Source: Amoeboaphelidium occidentale (taxonomy: Eukaryota). Taken from it: 64,000 nucleotides of DNA. Positions 45,901 through 57,580 of the stretch are shown here, piece after piece. Below the pieces are notes generated by a model, which ran no database searches, was not told the origin of the DNA, and saw only the letters and a program-made list of their open reading frames with translations. The first letter of the stretch is position 1. Each line of letters starts with the position of its first letter. The position numbers were made by a program, and so were the translations under genes. The stretch is from contig JALGPX010000014.1 in assembly GCA_023515795.1 (NCBI GenBank), positions 1 through 64,000 on the forward strand, read 5' to 3'.

Positions 45901-47850
45901 GAAAGCCAGACTCCAAGCAATATTGACCAAAAAAGTCAACACTCAGCTGCTAGCCAAACATCAACTGTGGTAAATCAGTTGATGCGTAACACGTTCACTA
46001 AGAAGATCCAGAGCACTTCGAAAAGATTGAGAACCTGTGGCTTTGTACTTCTTGGAATCATGATTACTTCTATTTTCTTGGTAATTGGAGAAGCAGTTTA
46101 TCTCAACAACTTGTATCAAGGAAACTTGAAAGCTGTACTTGATGTTGAGGGACTTGCAGAAGTTGAGGATTATGCCTTCCAAGCAGTCACCAAATTGGTT
46201 GATTTTGTTCGTGATGCTCCGTCTTTGACCCTCAATGAGAAGGTTCAGCGAAGAGATCAGGTTTTGCAACTCACAGATTCTTTGAATAACCGTTTCTTTG
46301 GTATTTATGATGGGGCGAGGGGCTTGCCTGCTGAAATTCAGAACACTTTTACGAAGCCAAAAATTAAGATTTATGAGTATGGTGCCAACACAAACCGTAA
46401 AGAGACGATTACAATCTCACTGAACGATGCCATCAACTTGTTTGTATCTCAGACATCCCGTCTTGCGAAAACTGCTGTTACCGATAACTCAACTTTGTTA
46501 GATGTTGGAAATGGGCCTTCAATTCTATTGGACTCTACGCTCTCCGTTTTGGACCATCTTGTTTACTTGTATTCAAGAAATGTAGAAAATTACGAACTAG
46601 CAAGCGAACGCTTTTATTACATCATCTTACTTGCTCCTATGGGCTTACTTGAAGTTATGACAATTGTGGTTGTCCTTTTGATATTCTGGAAAACAACAAG
46701 CGAAAGCAAGTTAATTTACAAGTTTTTCCTCGACGTGCAAAAAGATGTTATTAAAAGCATGCTCCTCAAATCAAAAGAAAAATTGGCGAGCTTGGATAAG
46801 AAAGCTGGAAACTCCTTGATGTCTGACCGTAGTCACAGAAATGCAGCGAAAGATTACGCTCTATTTGACATGGATAGGTATATCGTCGATCGCCATCTGG
46901 ATGCAAAACAAAAGCAAGATCAAGCGGCTTCAACAAAAGTAGAGGGACACAAGAAGACTTCTTATGAAGTTGCCAATTTGAGACGTTTATGTTTGCGTGT
47001 ATTCTTGTACATTTTAATCTTGAGCGGTTTTATTGGAGGCTTTGCACTTTATTCGACCCAATTTTTGTCTAAATCCAACGAGTCAATAACTTACTTTGCT
47101 TGGTCTTCCAATATTCTGAGATTGTCTAGAGAAACGGATTTAAGGCTTAGCTTGATTTTGGCTGAGAAGAACGGATCGGTATTCGATAACACATTCTCAA
47201 GAACAATTAATGCTTTGAATTTCACTGCCAATACTTTGGAAAGAGCTGGGTCGGCGTTTTACATCGGGAATAACACACTTAGTATGCCTGATTTTTACAC
47301 CGAGATAAGCAGACCTGGTGTTTCTGGATTTAGTCCTTTCTACTTAGTCAACGACATTGCTTTTGATCAGAATGATCACAAATTGCTGGATGATCCTGAT
47401 TGTGATATAGGGCTTCAAGGAGCAATGACTCGCGGGTTCATGAATAGTATCTTTGAAACCGTCGAAACTTTGTATGACATCGTTGGTGCCGTCAAGTCGA
47501 TCAATCAGCCAGTTGACATCAATGCTCTCAATGAATACATACCAGTTGTCTTCGCTAGAAGCTATGCAGGCAAATGTGTTCCTGCTGGAATGAGACTATT
47601 TCAAAAATTCCTTACGGTTGAAATCCACCAAGCTGTTGCGCTTGTTGGCGTATTATTAATTCCGTTGGTTGCCACATTTGTAAGCGTTTTGATGCTGCTC
47701 GTGTATTTCTTGGGTTTCAAGCCCGTTTTAAGAACAATGGAACACGAAGTTTCTTTGACTCCTTCTATGTTGCTCATGCTTCCACCTCATGCTCTCATGA
47801 AAGTTGATGCTATTAAGAACTTCATTTCTGATAAAAACACCGGAAAATAA
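42973..47850 (+). CDS. TmcB/TmcC-like multi-TM PAS-domain protein; three short 5' introns
   Basis: N-terminal TM block (SRPHSR, LPFY), helical region (FWNELL), PAS (LLGY..LIGRNISSIVPPPFDKIHDEFL), C-terminal TMs. Confidence 0.75.
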
Positions 47851-47858
47851 AGGATTTT

Positions 47859-48830
47859 CTATTGTTCTTCGTGCACAGGCTCAACAAATATACCAAACTG
47901 AAGTGACTGAATAGCCCGTTTATAAATAAGATTTACAGAAAATCCGCCCGCAAGAATCTGTGCCTGTTTATCCATTACAAAAGAAACCACTGAAGGATCC
48001 CGATAAGCACTAATATCAAGAAGAGGCGAATCGTTGTCTCTGTTGTAAGGCGTTTCAAGAACGTCTTCAAACGGGTTCGAGTATTTTACTACCTCTGTCA
48101 ATCGCTTCTTATTCATTTCAATCTGCTTTTGTATACTTAAACCACGCTTACCAGTAGAAAACTTCACAGATGTTTTACCACCTTCTGCTCCTGTGTGCGA
48201 GACTTCCTCCATAAAAGCAGGAAGGATATCGGTGGCCTTCTTGCGTGAAACAGCAATCTGTTGAATCAACTCTGTCTTGCGCGAGAGCTTTTTGCTCTGT
48301 TCCAATTGACGTTCCTTCAAATCTTGCTCAAGGGTCTCTTGATATTCTCTGTTCTGCGTCTCTAGCACCTGTTGCAACATCATCTCCTCATTCATCTCTT
48401 TTTGGATATTGCGCTGTATAATTTCAGCGTTCTCTTTACGATACTCTTCAATCTTATCTTCAATAGCTTGGATATTCTCATTGTTCACCAGATCGAATAT
48501 GATATCTTCTACACTCTCTAGATAATCGTTGTATGCATCCAAAGACTCAAAATCCTCTGGGCGCTTATTAAATATTCGCCACACTCGCCGCCTTATAACA
48601 CATTCTTTCTCAACGAATAAATCTTCGAATTTTGGCTTTGTGAAGTTACTCTTTCTTAGAGGATTCCTACAGACCGGACAAGGCGCTGAGCCCAATGCGA
48701 ATATCCGCTCGACGCAATTTTCGCACATCTTATGCATACATGACGATACCAGCAGAACCAAGTTAGGATTCAAGTATTTATCAGTCTTGCATATTGGGCA
48801 GGGCTCATCTTCTTTTACCATAAAATTCAT
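47859..48830 (-). CDS. MNAT1: CDK-activating kinase assembly factor MAT1/Tfb3
   Basis: RING CPICKTDKYLNP..CMHKMCENCV..CPVC; FEDLFVEKE; YNDYLE. Confidence 0.93.
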   Translation of the reverse strand: MNFMVKEDEPCPICKTDKYLNPNLVLLVSSCMHKMCENCVERIFALGSAPCPVCRNPLRKSNFTKPKFEDLFVEKECVIRRRVWRIFNKRPEDFESLDAYNDYLESVEDIIFDLVNNENIQAIEDKIEEYRKENAEIIQRNIQKEMNEEMMLQQVLETQNREYQETLEQDLKERQLEQSKKLSRKTELIQQIAVSRKKATDILPAFMEEVSHTGAEGGKTSVKFSTGKRGLSIQKQIEMNKKRLTEVVKYSNPFEDVLETPYNRDNDSPLLDISAYRDPSVVSFVMDKQAQILAGGFSVNLIYKRAIQSLQFGIFVEPVHEEQ

Positions 48831-49018
48831 GCTGATTTTCAAATATGATCACTTCACGGAAACAGCGCAATTGTAATGGAATCAACTGATTTTTAGGTGC
48901 GTAAATCTGACTTGACTGAAATTGAAGGGAAATATGCTTTCCGTTACTGAGGGAATTTACGTTCGTTACAGAATCTTCAATTTCCTGTTTCTGCGCGCCG
49001 ATCAAAAAAGCTTGCTGA

Positions 49019-51295
49019 ATGTTCTGGCTGAATTTGAGAACGTTTCTCCTATTGGGCACTCTTTTTACAAGCGCAATGACGGGCAGAGTTGAATGGGACG
49101 AAAAAGCCATCAAAATCGATGGTAAGAGGGTCATCCTGAATGTTGGTCACGTTCATTATCCGAGAAGCACTCCGTCAATGTGGGCGCACATCTTGGACGC
49201 TTCCGTTGCTGCTGGTATTAACGCAATAGACACTTATGTCTTTTGGAACTACCATGAAATCGAAAAGGAAAATGGCAAGATTGAATATGATTTCTCTGAG
49301 TTGGTTAACTTTCTGCGTTTCATTTCTGAGCGCTATGAAAACAAGTTGTACGTGGTTCTGCGCATTGGGCCATACGTTTGTGCTGAATGGAATTACGGAG
49401 GTTTGCCTACTCGCTTGAAGTTTATGGAGAACATGGAGTTCCGTACGCTTAATTCTGCATTTATGGCTGAGATGGAGTCTTTCACACGCAGAGTTGTAGA
49501 CGCCACAGAGAAGTACTTTTACACGAGACAAGGTTCTGTTATTCTGTTGCAGATCGAAAATGAGTACGGAAATATTCAGCACGATTATGGCTACAAGGGC
49601 CAGGAGTACATTAATTGGGCTGTCGATATGGCAATGAGTGTTACCGGAGAGTTGCCTTGGTTTGTGTGCCAGCAGAAGTTGAATGTACCTGTTGTTATTA
49701 ACACTTGCAACGGTTTCTATTGCCATGAATGGATTGAACGCAAGGTTTTCCCTTACAGCAAACAGCCAGCAATGTTTACCGAGAATTGGACAGGTTGGTT
49801 TGCTCGTTGGGGCGATGTTTGGCCAAGAAGACCAGTTGAAGATTTGGCTTATGGTGTTGCATTATGGTATGCTCATGGTGGTACTTACAATGCTTACTAC
49901 ATGTGGCACGGTGGAACAAATTTTGGTCGTTGGGCTGGTGGTCCTCAAGGCAATCAGATTGGACCAGGTTTTATTACTTCATACGATTACGATGCTCCAT
50001 TGAATGAGTACGGATATCCACACGAGCCAAAGTATTCTCAATTGAAGAGACTCAACAATTTATTGCTGAGATACGAGAATCATTTGTTGTATGGTGAAAA
50101 GACTGTGTACAAGTATCAAAACAAGGAAAAGATTGAGTACGAATTAAAGGAGATGAAAAGCAAATTGGTTTTTGTGATCAACTCCAATACAACTGAGGCT
50201 GTTTCTTTTGAAGTTGAAGGATCCAAATATGATATCCCAAGATGGAGTGTTTCTGTTTTCATTTGTGAAGGAAGCTGCAAGTTTTTGTACAATACTGCTA
50301 AAATTGATGATTTGCCTTCTAATACTGTTGTTTATGACCCAACAGAAAACTTTCCTGTAAAGATTGATTTCGTTGCTGAGAGTTTGGCTTACTTGAGAGA
50401 AATTAGCTTGACTGGTGGAACTGGATACTATCGTCCACGTGAACAATTAAGTCTTACAAAAGACAAGACGGACTATTTGTCTTACTTCTTGAACGTCAAG
50501 TTTGTTGATGCTGTTCCTGGTCGTGACATTGAAATCGAGTTCAAGGAAATTAGTGATTACTTTCAATTGTATTGGAACGACGAATTGATTGAATCTAGAA
50601 TTGGTGGAAGAGAACTCAAAGTTACAATCCCACAAGCTGTATTGAAAAGCGAGAATCACATCTCGATCATTACTCAAACTATGGGTTTGACCAACTATGG
50701 CGCTAACTTGGAAAGATGGGAACGCGGTATCACAGATCAAGTCATTTTGAATAATCGGGATGTGTCAAATCTTGAACACGGTGAATGGACTCATTTCATT
50801 GGTTTCACTGGCGAGAGAACACCAGCGTTATATGATCCTGCCAGCTCCAGCAATGAATGGAAATCGATTACTAAGTTGAAACAGAAGCCTGGATTTGTTT
50901 GGTATAAGTTACAATTCCCATCTTTAGAAAGAATTGAACCAAAAGATATGGCCTACGTCTTAAAGTTATCCTCCATGAAAAAGGGTTATTGTTGGGTTAA
51001 CGGGTTCAACATTGGCCGTTACTGGATGATCAAGACTAAAATTCCAAAAGAAGGCTCTAATGGTGAGAACGAGATTGTTGAATTTGGACCTGATGGAAAA
51101 TGTGATTATGCTGGAGTATTTAGTCCTGGTAAATGTAGAGACAGACCAGAGGGTGAATGGAGTCAAGAATTTTACCATGTCCCGATAGAACACTTGCATT
51201 TCAACAAACCCAATACTATTATTCTATTTGAAGAATTACCTGGAGCTGATCCTTCCAAGGTTCAATTTTTTACTGCGAAGGTAAAGGAAACTTGA
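49019..51295 (+). CDS. Secreted GH35 beta-galactosidase
   Basis: Signal peptide; HYPRSTP, LRIGPYVCAEWNYGG, QIENEYG, TENWTGWF, YYMWHGGTNFGR, SYDYDAPL. Confidence 0.92.
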   Translation: MFWLNLRTFLLLGTLFTSAMTGRVEWDEKAIKIDGKRVILNVGHVHYPRSTPSMWAHILDASVAAGINAIDTYVFWNYHEIEKENGKIEYDFSELVNFLRFISERYENKLYVVLRIGPYVCAEWNYGGLPTRLKFMENMEFRTLNSAFMAEMESFTRRVVDATEKYFYTRQGSVILLQIENEYGNIQHDYGYKGQEYINWAVDMAMSVTGELPWFVCQQKLNVPVVINTCNGFYCHEWIERKVFPYSKQPAMFTENWTGWFARWGDVWPRRPVEDLAYGVALWYAHGGTYNAYYMWHGGTNFGRWAGGPQGNQIGPGFITSYDYDAPLNEYGYPHEPKYSQLKRLNNLLLRYENHLLYGEKTVYKYQNKEKIEYELKEMKSKLVFVINSNTTEAVSFEVEGSKYDIPRWSVSVFICEGSCKFLYNTAKIDDLPSNTVVYDPTENFPVKIDFVAESLAYLREISLTGGTGYYRPREQLSLTKDKTDYLSYFLNVKFVDAVPGRDIEIEFKEISDYFQLYWNDELIESRIGGRELKVTIPQAVLKSENHISIITQTMGLTNYGANLERWERGITDQVILNNRDVSNLEHGEWTHFIGFTGERTPALYDPASSSNEWKSITKLKQKPGFVWYKLQFPSLERIEPKDMAYVLKLSSMKKGYCWVNGFNIGRYWMIKTKIPKEGSNGENEIVEFGPDGKCDYAGVFSPGKCRDRPEGEWSQEFYHVPIEHLHFNKPNTIILFEELPGADPSKVQFFTAKVKET

Positions 51296-51296
51296 T

Positions 51297-52519
51297 CTAT
51301 TGAAATATAATCTGTTCATCTTCATCAATTTTTTCGTGTTCCTGAGCAGATGCCGGCGGATTGTTGTACAGAAAGTTATTTGGTGTCAACGGTCCTAGAT
51401 TCTTAAGGATTTGCTTGGTTGCGATCGCAATAATCTTGTCTTCAACTTGCCAAGACTGATATGAAATATTGTCAGAAAGAACAATTGCCGCATAACCAGC
51501 TACGTGAGGACTTGCTTGAGAAGTTCCGGTCCAAGTCATTGTAGCGGTGTCTCCCGAAGAATGAGCGCCTGTTATGCTGACACCAGGAGCAAATATGTCG
51601 ATGCATTTTCCAAAAGCTCCATATCTTGAGTCGCTCCAATCGGTGGCGCCGACCGTGATAACATCTGGTAATCCTGAAGGATAAGAATGACATGCATCCA
51701 CGTTAAAATTGTTTCCAGCAGCAGCTACCATAGTAAAGCCTTTCTTTCTTGCAGCTTGGATAGCTGTTTTAAGCGCTTCACTTTGATACATGCCCCAGCT
51801 GAAATTCATCACTGATGGTCTGTTTCTTTGCTGTTTCTTTCCCATGGCCCATTGTATTCCTGCAATAGCATCGCTTTCGGCTATGAAGCCGTCATTATCA
51901 ATCACTCGAACAGATATAACTTGAGCTTTCTTTGCAACGCCATACTTGGTTCCCGCAGCAATACTTGCAACAGATGTTCCGTGCCCATTCTTAGGAACTC
52001 CAGTTTCGCCAGTGAAAGCACTACCGAGAATAACTCTTCCAGTAAGATCGGCATGGGTAACTCTGACACCGCTGTCGAGTATGTAAATGTCAGCATTCTT
52101 TCCAGCATCATCATCATAATAGTAATCAAGATGTCTAAGAGACTTCTGACATACTCTTGCCAAGTTCCAAGGTGCACCTTTCTGGACTGCGTATTGTTCT
52201 CCGAACTTCTCATACTCAGCATACTCAATTTCAGGCATAGATCTAAGATCGCTCAATGCAACATCGTCTGGAACGGCAAGAGCGAATCCATTAAGGCCTT
52301 CCATTTCATATGTGTACTTTACTTCTGAGCTCGGATATTTGTTCATGAAACCGGCCAGAAGGTCCGATGAGAAGGATGTTACTAAAGCATGATGATCTCG
52401 ACCTAGAACTTACCTGAGACGCCCTCTCTGAGTTTAATGATGACTCTATTGCTTTTCTTTTGAACACAAAGTGCAATGCTGATGAGGAATGTTAGAATTA
52501 TCCACTTGAAACTGTTCAT
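51297..52519 (-). CDS. Secreted S8 subtilisin (proteinase K type) with I9 prodomain; 32-nt intron 52382-52413
   Basis: Signal peptide MNSFKWIILTFL; ILDSG, HGT, AAAGN, GTSQASPHVAG. Confidence 0.9.
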
Positions 52520-52634
52520 GATCTTTGGACCTCTTGAGGAAAAGCTTCTCAAACAACGTCGTAAGTCGCAGAATTTGGCACTTTCTCAAAATTCACATAA
52601 ATCTAATAATGCTGCATTGAAATTTCTTCTATTT

Positions 52635-53902
52635 TTATTGATTAAATCCACCTTCTTGTAGTAACATTCTTGGTTCCTCATCTTCTCCGTATTCCATATC
52701 ATCATCTACTTCATCATCTGTAAGACTCTTTTGTGGAAAATAATACAACATTCTGTTTGAAGAGCGACTTCCCAAATCTCTGAGTGTATTTTTTGTAGCA
52801 TATCGATCCATATCACGCTCAACCTCCCATGGTTCATACCATTTTTTCCTTGACAAGATAACTGCAGCAACACCAGCGACATGTGGGGCAGCCATACTTG
52901 TGCCAGTCATAGTTGTAGTACTTGTATCCCCAGATGATGAAGCTGAAGTGATGCTGACACCTGGTGCGAAGATATCAATGCATTTTCCGTATGAACCATA
53001 ACGTTGATCACGAAGATCAACTGCGCCTACTGTAATAGCTTCATAAAGCCCCGATGGATAAGTCCTGCATGCATCTACATTTGCATTTCCTGCTGCTGCA
53101 ACGACGACAAAATTTTCCCTTCTTGCAGCTTGAATTGCCCTCTTCAAACTAGAAGACTGATACATGCCCCAACTAAGATTCATCACAGACTGACGCTTTC
53201 TCTTCCTTTTGTTGCGTATAGACCAATTTATTCCAGCCAAGGCATCACTTTCTGCAATGAAACCATAATTGTCGATAACCCTAACGGATATAATTGTAGC
53301 TTTCTTTGCAACACCATACTTGTATCCAGCAGCAATACCAGCAACATGTGTTCCATGAGTATTTCGGGGAGATCCATGTTCTCCTGTATATGAGCCTCCG
53401 TTGATAACCCTACGATTCAAATCTCTATGAGTTTTTCGAACCCCACTATCAAGAATGTAAATGTCTGTGTTCCTTCCGGCATCGGAATCATAGTAATAAT
53501 CGAGATGTCTCAGATCACGTTGGCTTATTCTTGCTAAGTTCCATGGCGCATTCCTTTGTACTGAGTATTGTTCCCCGAATCGTTCAAACTCTGCATATTC
53601 GATCTCTGGAACGGACTGAAGATCTCTCAGGGCCTGGTCCGAAGGCACGGCGATCGCATAACCATTCAAACCTTCCATCTCATACGAGTGTACAACTTCT
53701 GCGCTTGGGTACTTATTCATAAAGCCTGAAAGGAAATCCGTTGAAAAGGAAGCCACTACAAGGTTATCACCAATATGTGTGACTTACTTGATACATCATC
53801 TCTAAGCCTGACGATGACTCTGTTGCTTGTCCGGTTGGCATTTAGGGCGAATGAGACGATCTCGCACGAAGCTACAACCAGAAATGTTCTTATGAGTCTC
53901 AT
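52635..53902 (-). CDS. Secreted S8 subtilisin, tandem paralogue; 32-nt intron 53756-53787
   Basis: Signal peptide MRLIRTFLVVASC; ILDSG, HGTHVAG, AAAGN, GTSMAAPHVAG. Confidence 0.92.
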
Positions 53903-53994
53903 GCGGTGCTTTGATCAGTGGACAGATTCCGCAAGTTGTTTGACGGCTCTTGTTACACCTCTGACATCGCCAACCTCATAGACTTTCATTCGAC

Positions 53995-56213
53995 ATGTCA
54001 AATACGCACGCATCTGAGCATCATAGTCCGGGTCATATCAGAGCTTCTAGTGATGATAATATACTTGTACAGAAGACTTCTCAAACAAAGCAAGTTGATC
54101 AAGAATTACAAAGTCCTGAAATCATACAGGTTTCAGGCAAGCAAAAACGGGGACATCCATGCTGCACAGGATTATCATCATGGCTTTGGTATCTTAGCAT
54201 GAGAATATTTATGGTGCTGTTGCTATTAGTACCAGGGTTCGTTGATCTTAGTCAGACACATTCATCTGGAATACCAAGAGGCAACTTTGCCACAGAAGGC
54301 ACTTTCTACATTTATGACTACACTCTGATGTTTTGGTCTGTGTTTGCTGCAGTTGCATTCATTGTATATCAATTGTGTCAAGGATTCGTTTACGCATTGC
54401 CGATAGTACTGACATTCATAGTTCAAAGCTCTGTTGCACCAGTTACAAAACACTTTGATACAATTATCGATCATATTCGCTATCTTAAAGGATACATCGG
54501 CACTTCATTGTTCTTGATATTACTGATCATCTCTCAAAGTATCTTGTTCGCCAGAGAAATTCAGAATCAAGCAGCTTGGATCATTAGCTTCATGAACATA
54601 GTCGCATCACTGCTGGTGGTCAACATTTTGGTATTCTTGGAGAAGCTTTTCGTTCAGATTGTTGCAATACGGTTTCATAGAAGAGCTTACGAGGATAGAA
54701 TTCAGAAGATGCACTTTTGCACTGACGCTATCACTAAGCTAGCTATTGAAGCAAGAAAGATTTTGCGTGATAAGGAGCGAATAATTCAAGTTATGAAGAT
54801 CAAGAAGCCTAGACAGGGTAAAGTTAAAGATTATCTCGAAACATCAGCTCCAGCTGGTAATGCAAGAGGTTGGAACGTTCAACTACAGATACCAAACATA
54901 ATCAAAAAGCAACCTAAGAGGATAGAACCGTTATCTTCAATTGAAGCAGACATAGACAAGTTATCAGAAGATCCTGCCAATATTTTAATGAACGAAGACA
55001 CCGTGAGAAGCGCAGTTAGTATTGACCTCAGCAAACTCGAAGTCAAATCGATCATATCAGAAACAGAGCATTCAATACGTTCAATGTCAAGCCCACAGTC
55101 TCAGTCACCCTCGAACATGGCGGCTAAGGAGAGGTTTTCTAATATGGCCAGGACTGTTATTCTGAACTCGAATTTGGCACCGTATGATTCTAGAATTGTT
55201 GGAAAAATAATTCACGAAGCATTGTGTCTAGAAACTACAAAGCTATTGGCTGAGCATGGAAGAGAAAGAGCTAAAGCTGTTCTTGAGGCCACTAAGGATA
55301 AACCTAGGCCGGAGGAAGGTTGTTTGTTAATCGAGGACATAGCTCCATTCTTCAACCCTTTTGACGCCCAAAGGGTTTTCGAAATGTTTGATGAAGATCA
55401 GAATGGTTATATTACAAAACAGGAGTTGAAGGACACGATTATGAATTTAGAAAAAGAGAAAAAGGGTATATCCAAGTCATTACGAGACGTTGGTTCTGCA
55501 GTTGGCACATTAGATAATCTTCTTCTGGTGATATCCCTCTTGGTGTCGCTATTGATCATTCTGGTGATATTCGGAATTCCACTTTACTCTTTTCTCTTAA
55601 CTTCGGTATCTCTTTTGGTAGCAGTTACATTCATCTTTGGAAATTCTGCAAAGACGATGTTTGAGGGTATAATCTTCCTTTTTATAACGCATCCTTTTGA
55701 TGTTGGTGACAGAGTATTCATTGATAACTTTAATTACATTGTACACGAGATTGGTATTATAACAACTACATTTCGACGATGGGATGGACAGCTGGTTCTT
55801 TCCCCTAATTCAATTTTACTCACGAAAAATATTGTCAATGTCAGAAGATCTCCTAACATGATGGAAATTGTTGAGCTCCATGTTCATGTCAAGACCCCCA
55901 ACGAGAAGGTAACTTGACTTGATTAATGGCTAATCTTTAGTTAAATGCTCTCAAAACTCGTATGTTGAATTGGCTTCAGTCTGAATCTAGAAACTACATC
56001 CCAGCATTTGAGTTGAATGTTATGGGCGTAGAAAACATGAACAAAATGACCATACAGATTTTCTTGGAGCATCGTGATAATTGGCAAGATGGCGATAAAC
56101 GATGGGAAAGACATAACAAATTTTTGATTAAACTAAAAGATGTCCTTGACGAACTGAAGATAAGTTACAAGTATCCGGTGCAGCCTGTCCGTTTGATCGA
56201 CAGGGAGCCCTAG
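53995..56213 (+). CDS. MscS-like mechanosensitive channel (Msy1/2 type) with EF-hand; 32-nt intron 55909-55940
   Basis: FHRRAYEDRI, DEDQNGYITKQE EF-hand, IFLFITHPFDVGDRV, NVRRS. Confidence 0.9.
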
Positions 56214-56360
56214 GATGGAGAAGAAATACGCGCAAAGATCTTGTCTAGATCTTGCTGCCAATCAAACAATAGATCTAGATCTTAGCGGATCTTAGCTGAT
56301 GATCAGTACTTGAAAAGCAACCATCTCTGTGGCGTGCTTTAATTTCCCATTTCATTTCCT

Positions 56361-57491
56361 ATGAAGTATTTGCATATTAAAGCTCTGATAGTGTGTTTGT
56401 TATTTGTTTCATGTGGTTTCGCGCAAGATCCTTACGGTGGTGATTCTGCTCCTGCTCCTGCACCAGCTCCACAACAAGAATACGGCGGTGATCAAGGTGC
56501 ACCACCAGAAGATTTCGGTGGAGATCAAGGGCAGCAACAAGATTTTGGCGGTGATCCAGCTCAACAACAGCAACAAGATTTCGGAGGCGATCCAGCTCAG
56601 CAAGGTTTCGATCAGCCAAGTCCCGAACAACAAGGTCCTCAAGGCGGCTTCAACGATCAGCCACCAGTTGATCAAAATGCAATGAATCCTTTAGACAATG
56701 GTCCTCAACAAGGTATGGATCCAGCAGGGCAACCTCCATTAGGTCCCAACGGTCAAGGAGATCAACAACCATTTGACCAACCACCATTAGACCAACAACC
56801 TCCACTAGGACCAGATGGCCAGGGTATGGCACCACCATTAGACCAACCACTTGACTCAGATATGGCTCCTCCAATGGATCCTAATGGGCCACTTCCAGGT
56901 GACCCTGCATTTACAGATCCAGGTGTACTTGATCCAGCTTTGAGTGGCGTTGATCCAAGTATTGTAGGATCTGATGGTTTCTTGACAAATACAGTAGCAT
57001 TGGATGATGGTACCGTGTTTCCAGCAGTTTTGCAAGGAGGCATTCCTGTAAGCCCTGCAAATATCATGCCGTTGGCTGGTGGAGGATTCGGTTTCAATAA
57101 CGGAGGTCAAATAATGCCTATCTCTCCTGTCCCTCAAGCAAGACTCCAACCTGGTGCCAGACCGGGATTTGGTTCCGGCGTTGTTCCACCTCCTGCATCT
57201 GTTGCTCCTCAACTAGGTGTTCCTGGCGCGATTCCTCCAGGTGGAGCAGTTCCAGGTCAACCAGGCGTTGGAGGCGTAGCACCTCCTGCACAACCTGGCC
57301 AACAACAACAACTAGGAACAAACCAAATATGCTTCAATCCTAAATTCTCCAGTAGTATGCGTTTTGTCGGCTCTTTCTGTGACCAGAGGTTCACTCAGAT
57401 TCTTGCGACGAAACCAAACTGCATTCAACTTGTAATATCACAAACTCCAACGTGTGCGTTCTGCAGCAATGTACAAATGCAAGGATGCTAA
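56361..57491 (+). CDS. Secreted Pro/Gln/Gly/Asp-rich repeat protein with a Cys-containing C-terminus
   Basis: Signal peptide; (D/E)(F/Y)GGD and PPL(D/G) repeats; Cys-rich tail. Confidence 0.75.
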   Translation: MKYLHIKALIVCLLFVSCGFAQDPYGGDSAPAPAPAPQQEYGGDQGAPPEDFGGDQGQQQDFGGDPAQQQQQDFGGDPAQQGFDQPSPEQQGPQGGFNDQPPVDQNAMNPLDNGPQQGMDPAGQPPLGPNGQGDQQPFDQPPLDQQPPLGPDGQGMAPPLDQPLDSDMAPPMDPNGPLPGDPAFTDPGVLDPALSGVDPSIVGSDGFLTNTVALDDGTVFPAVLQGGIPVSPANIMPLAGGGFGFNNGGQIMPISPVPQARLQPGARPGFGSGVVPPPASVAPQLGVPGAIPPGGAVPGQPGVGGVAPPAQPGQQQQLGTNQICFNPKFSSSMRFVGSFCDQRFTQILATKPNCIQLVISQTPTCAFCSNVQMQGC

Positions 57492-57580
57492 CTCATATAA
57501 ACCCATAAAACTAATAGAAATTGTATAATTATTCATTTTCGGAAGCTGCAGTAGTTTTCCTAAGAGTGTTTCACGACAAC

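Noticed and set aside
56377..57321. Many overlapping ORFs on both strands
   Set aside because: Shadow frames of a low-complexity P/Q/G-rich CDS
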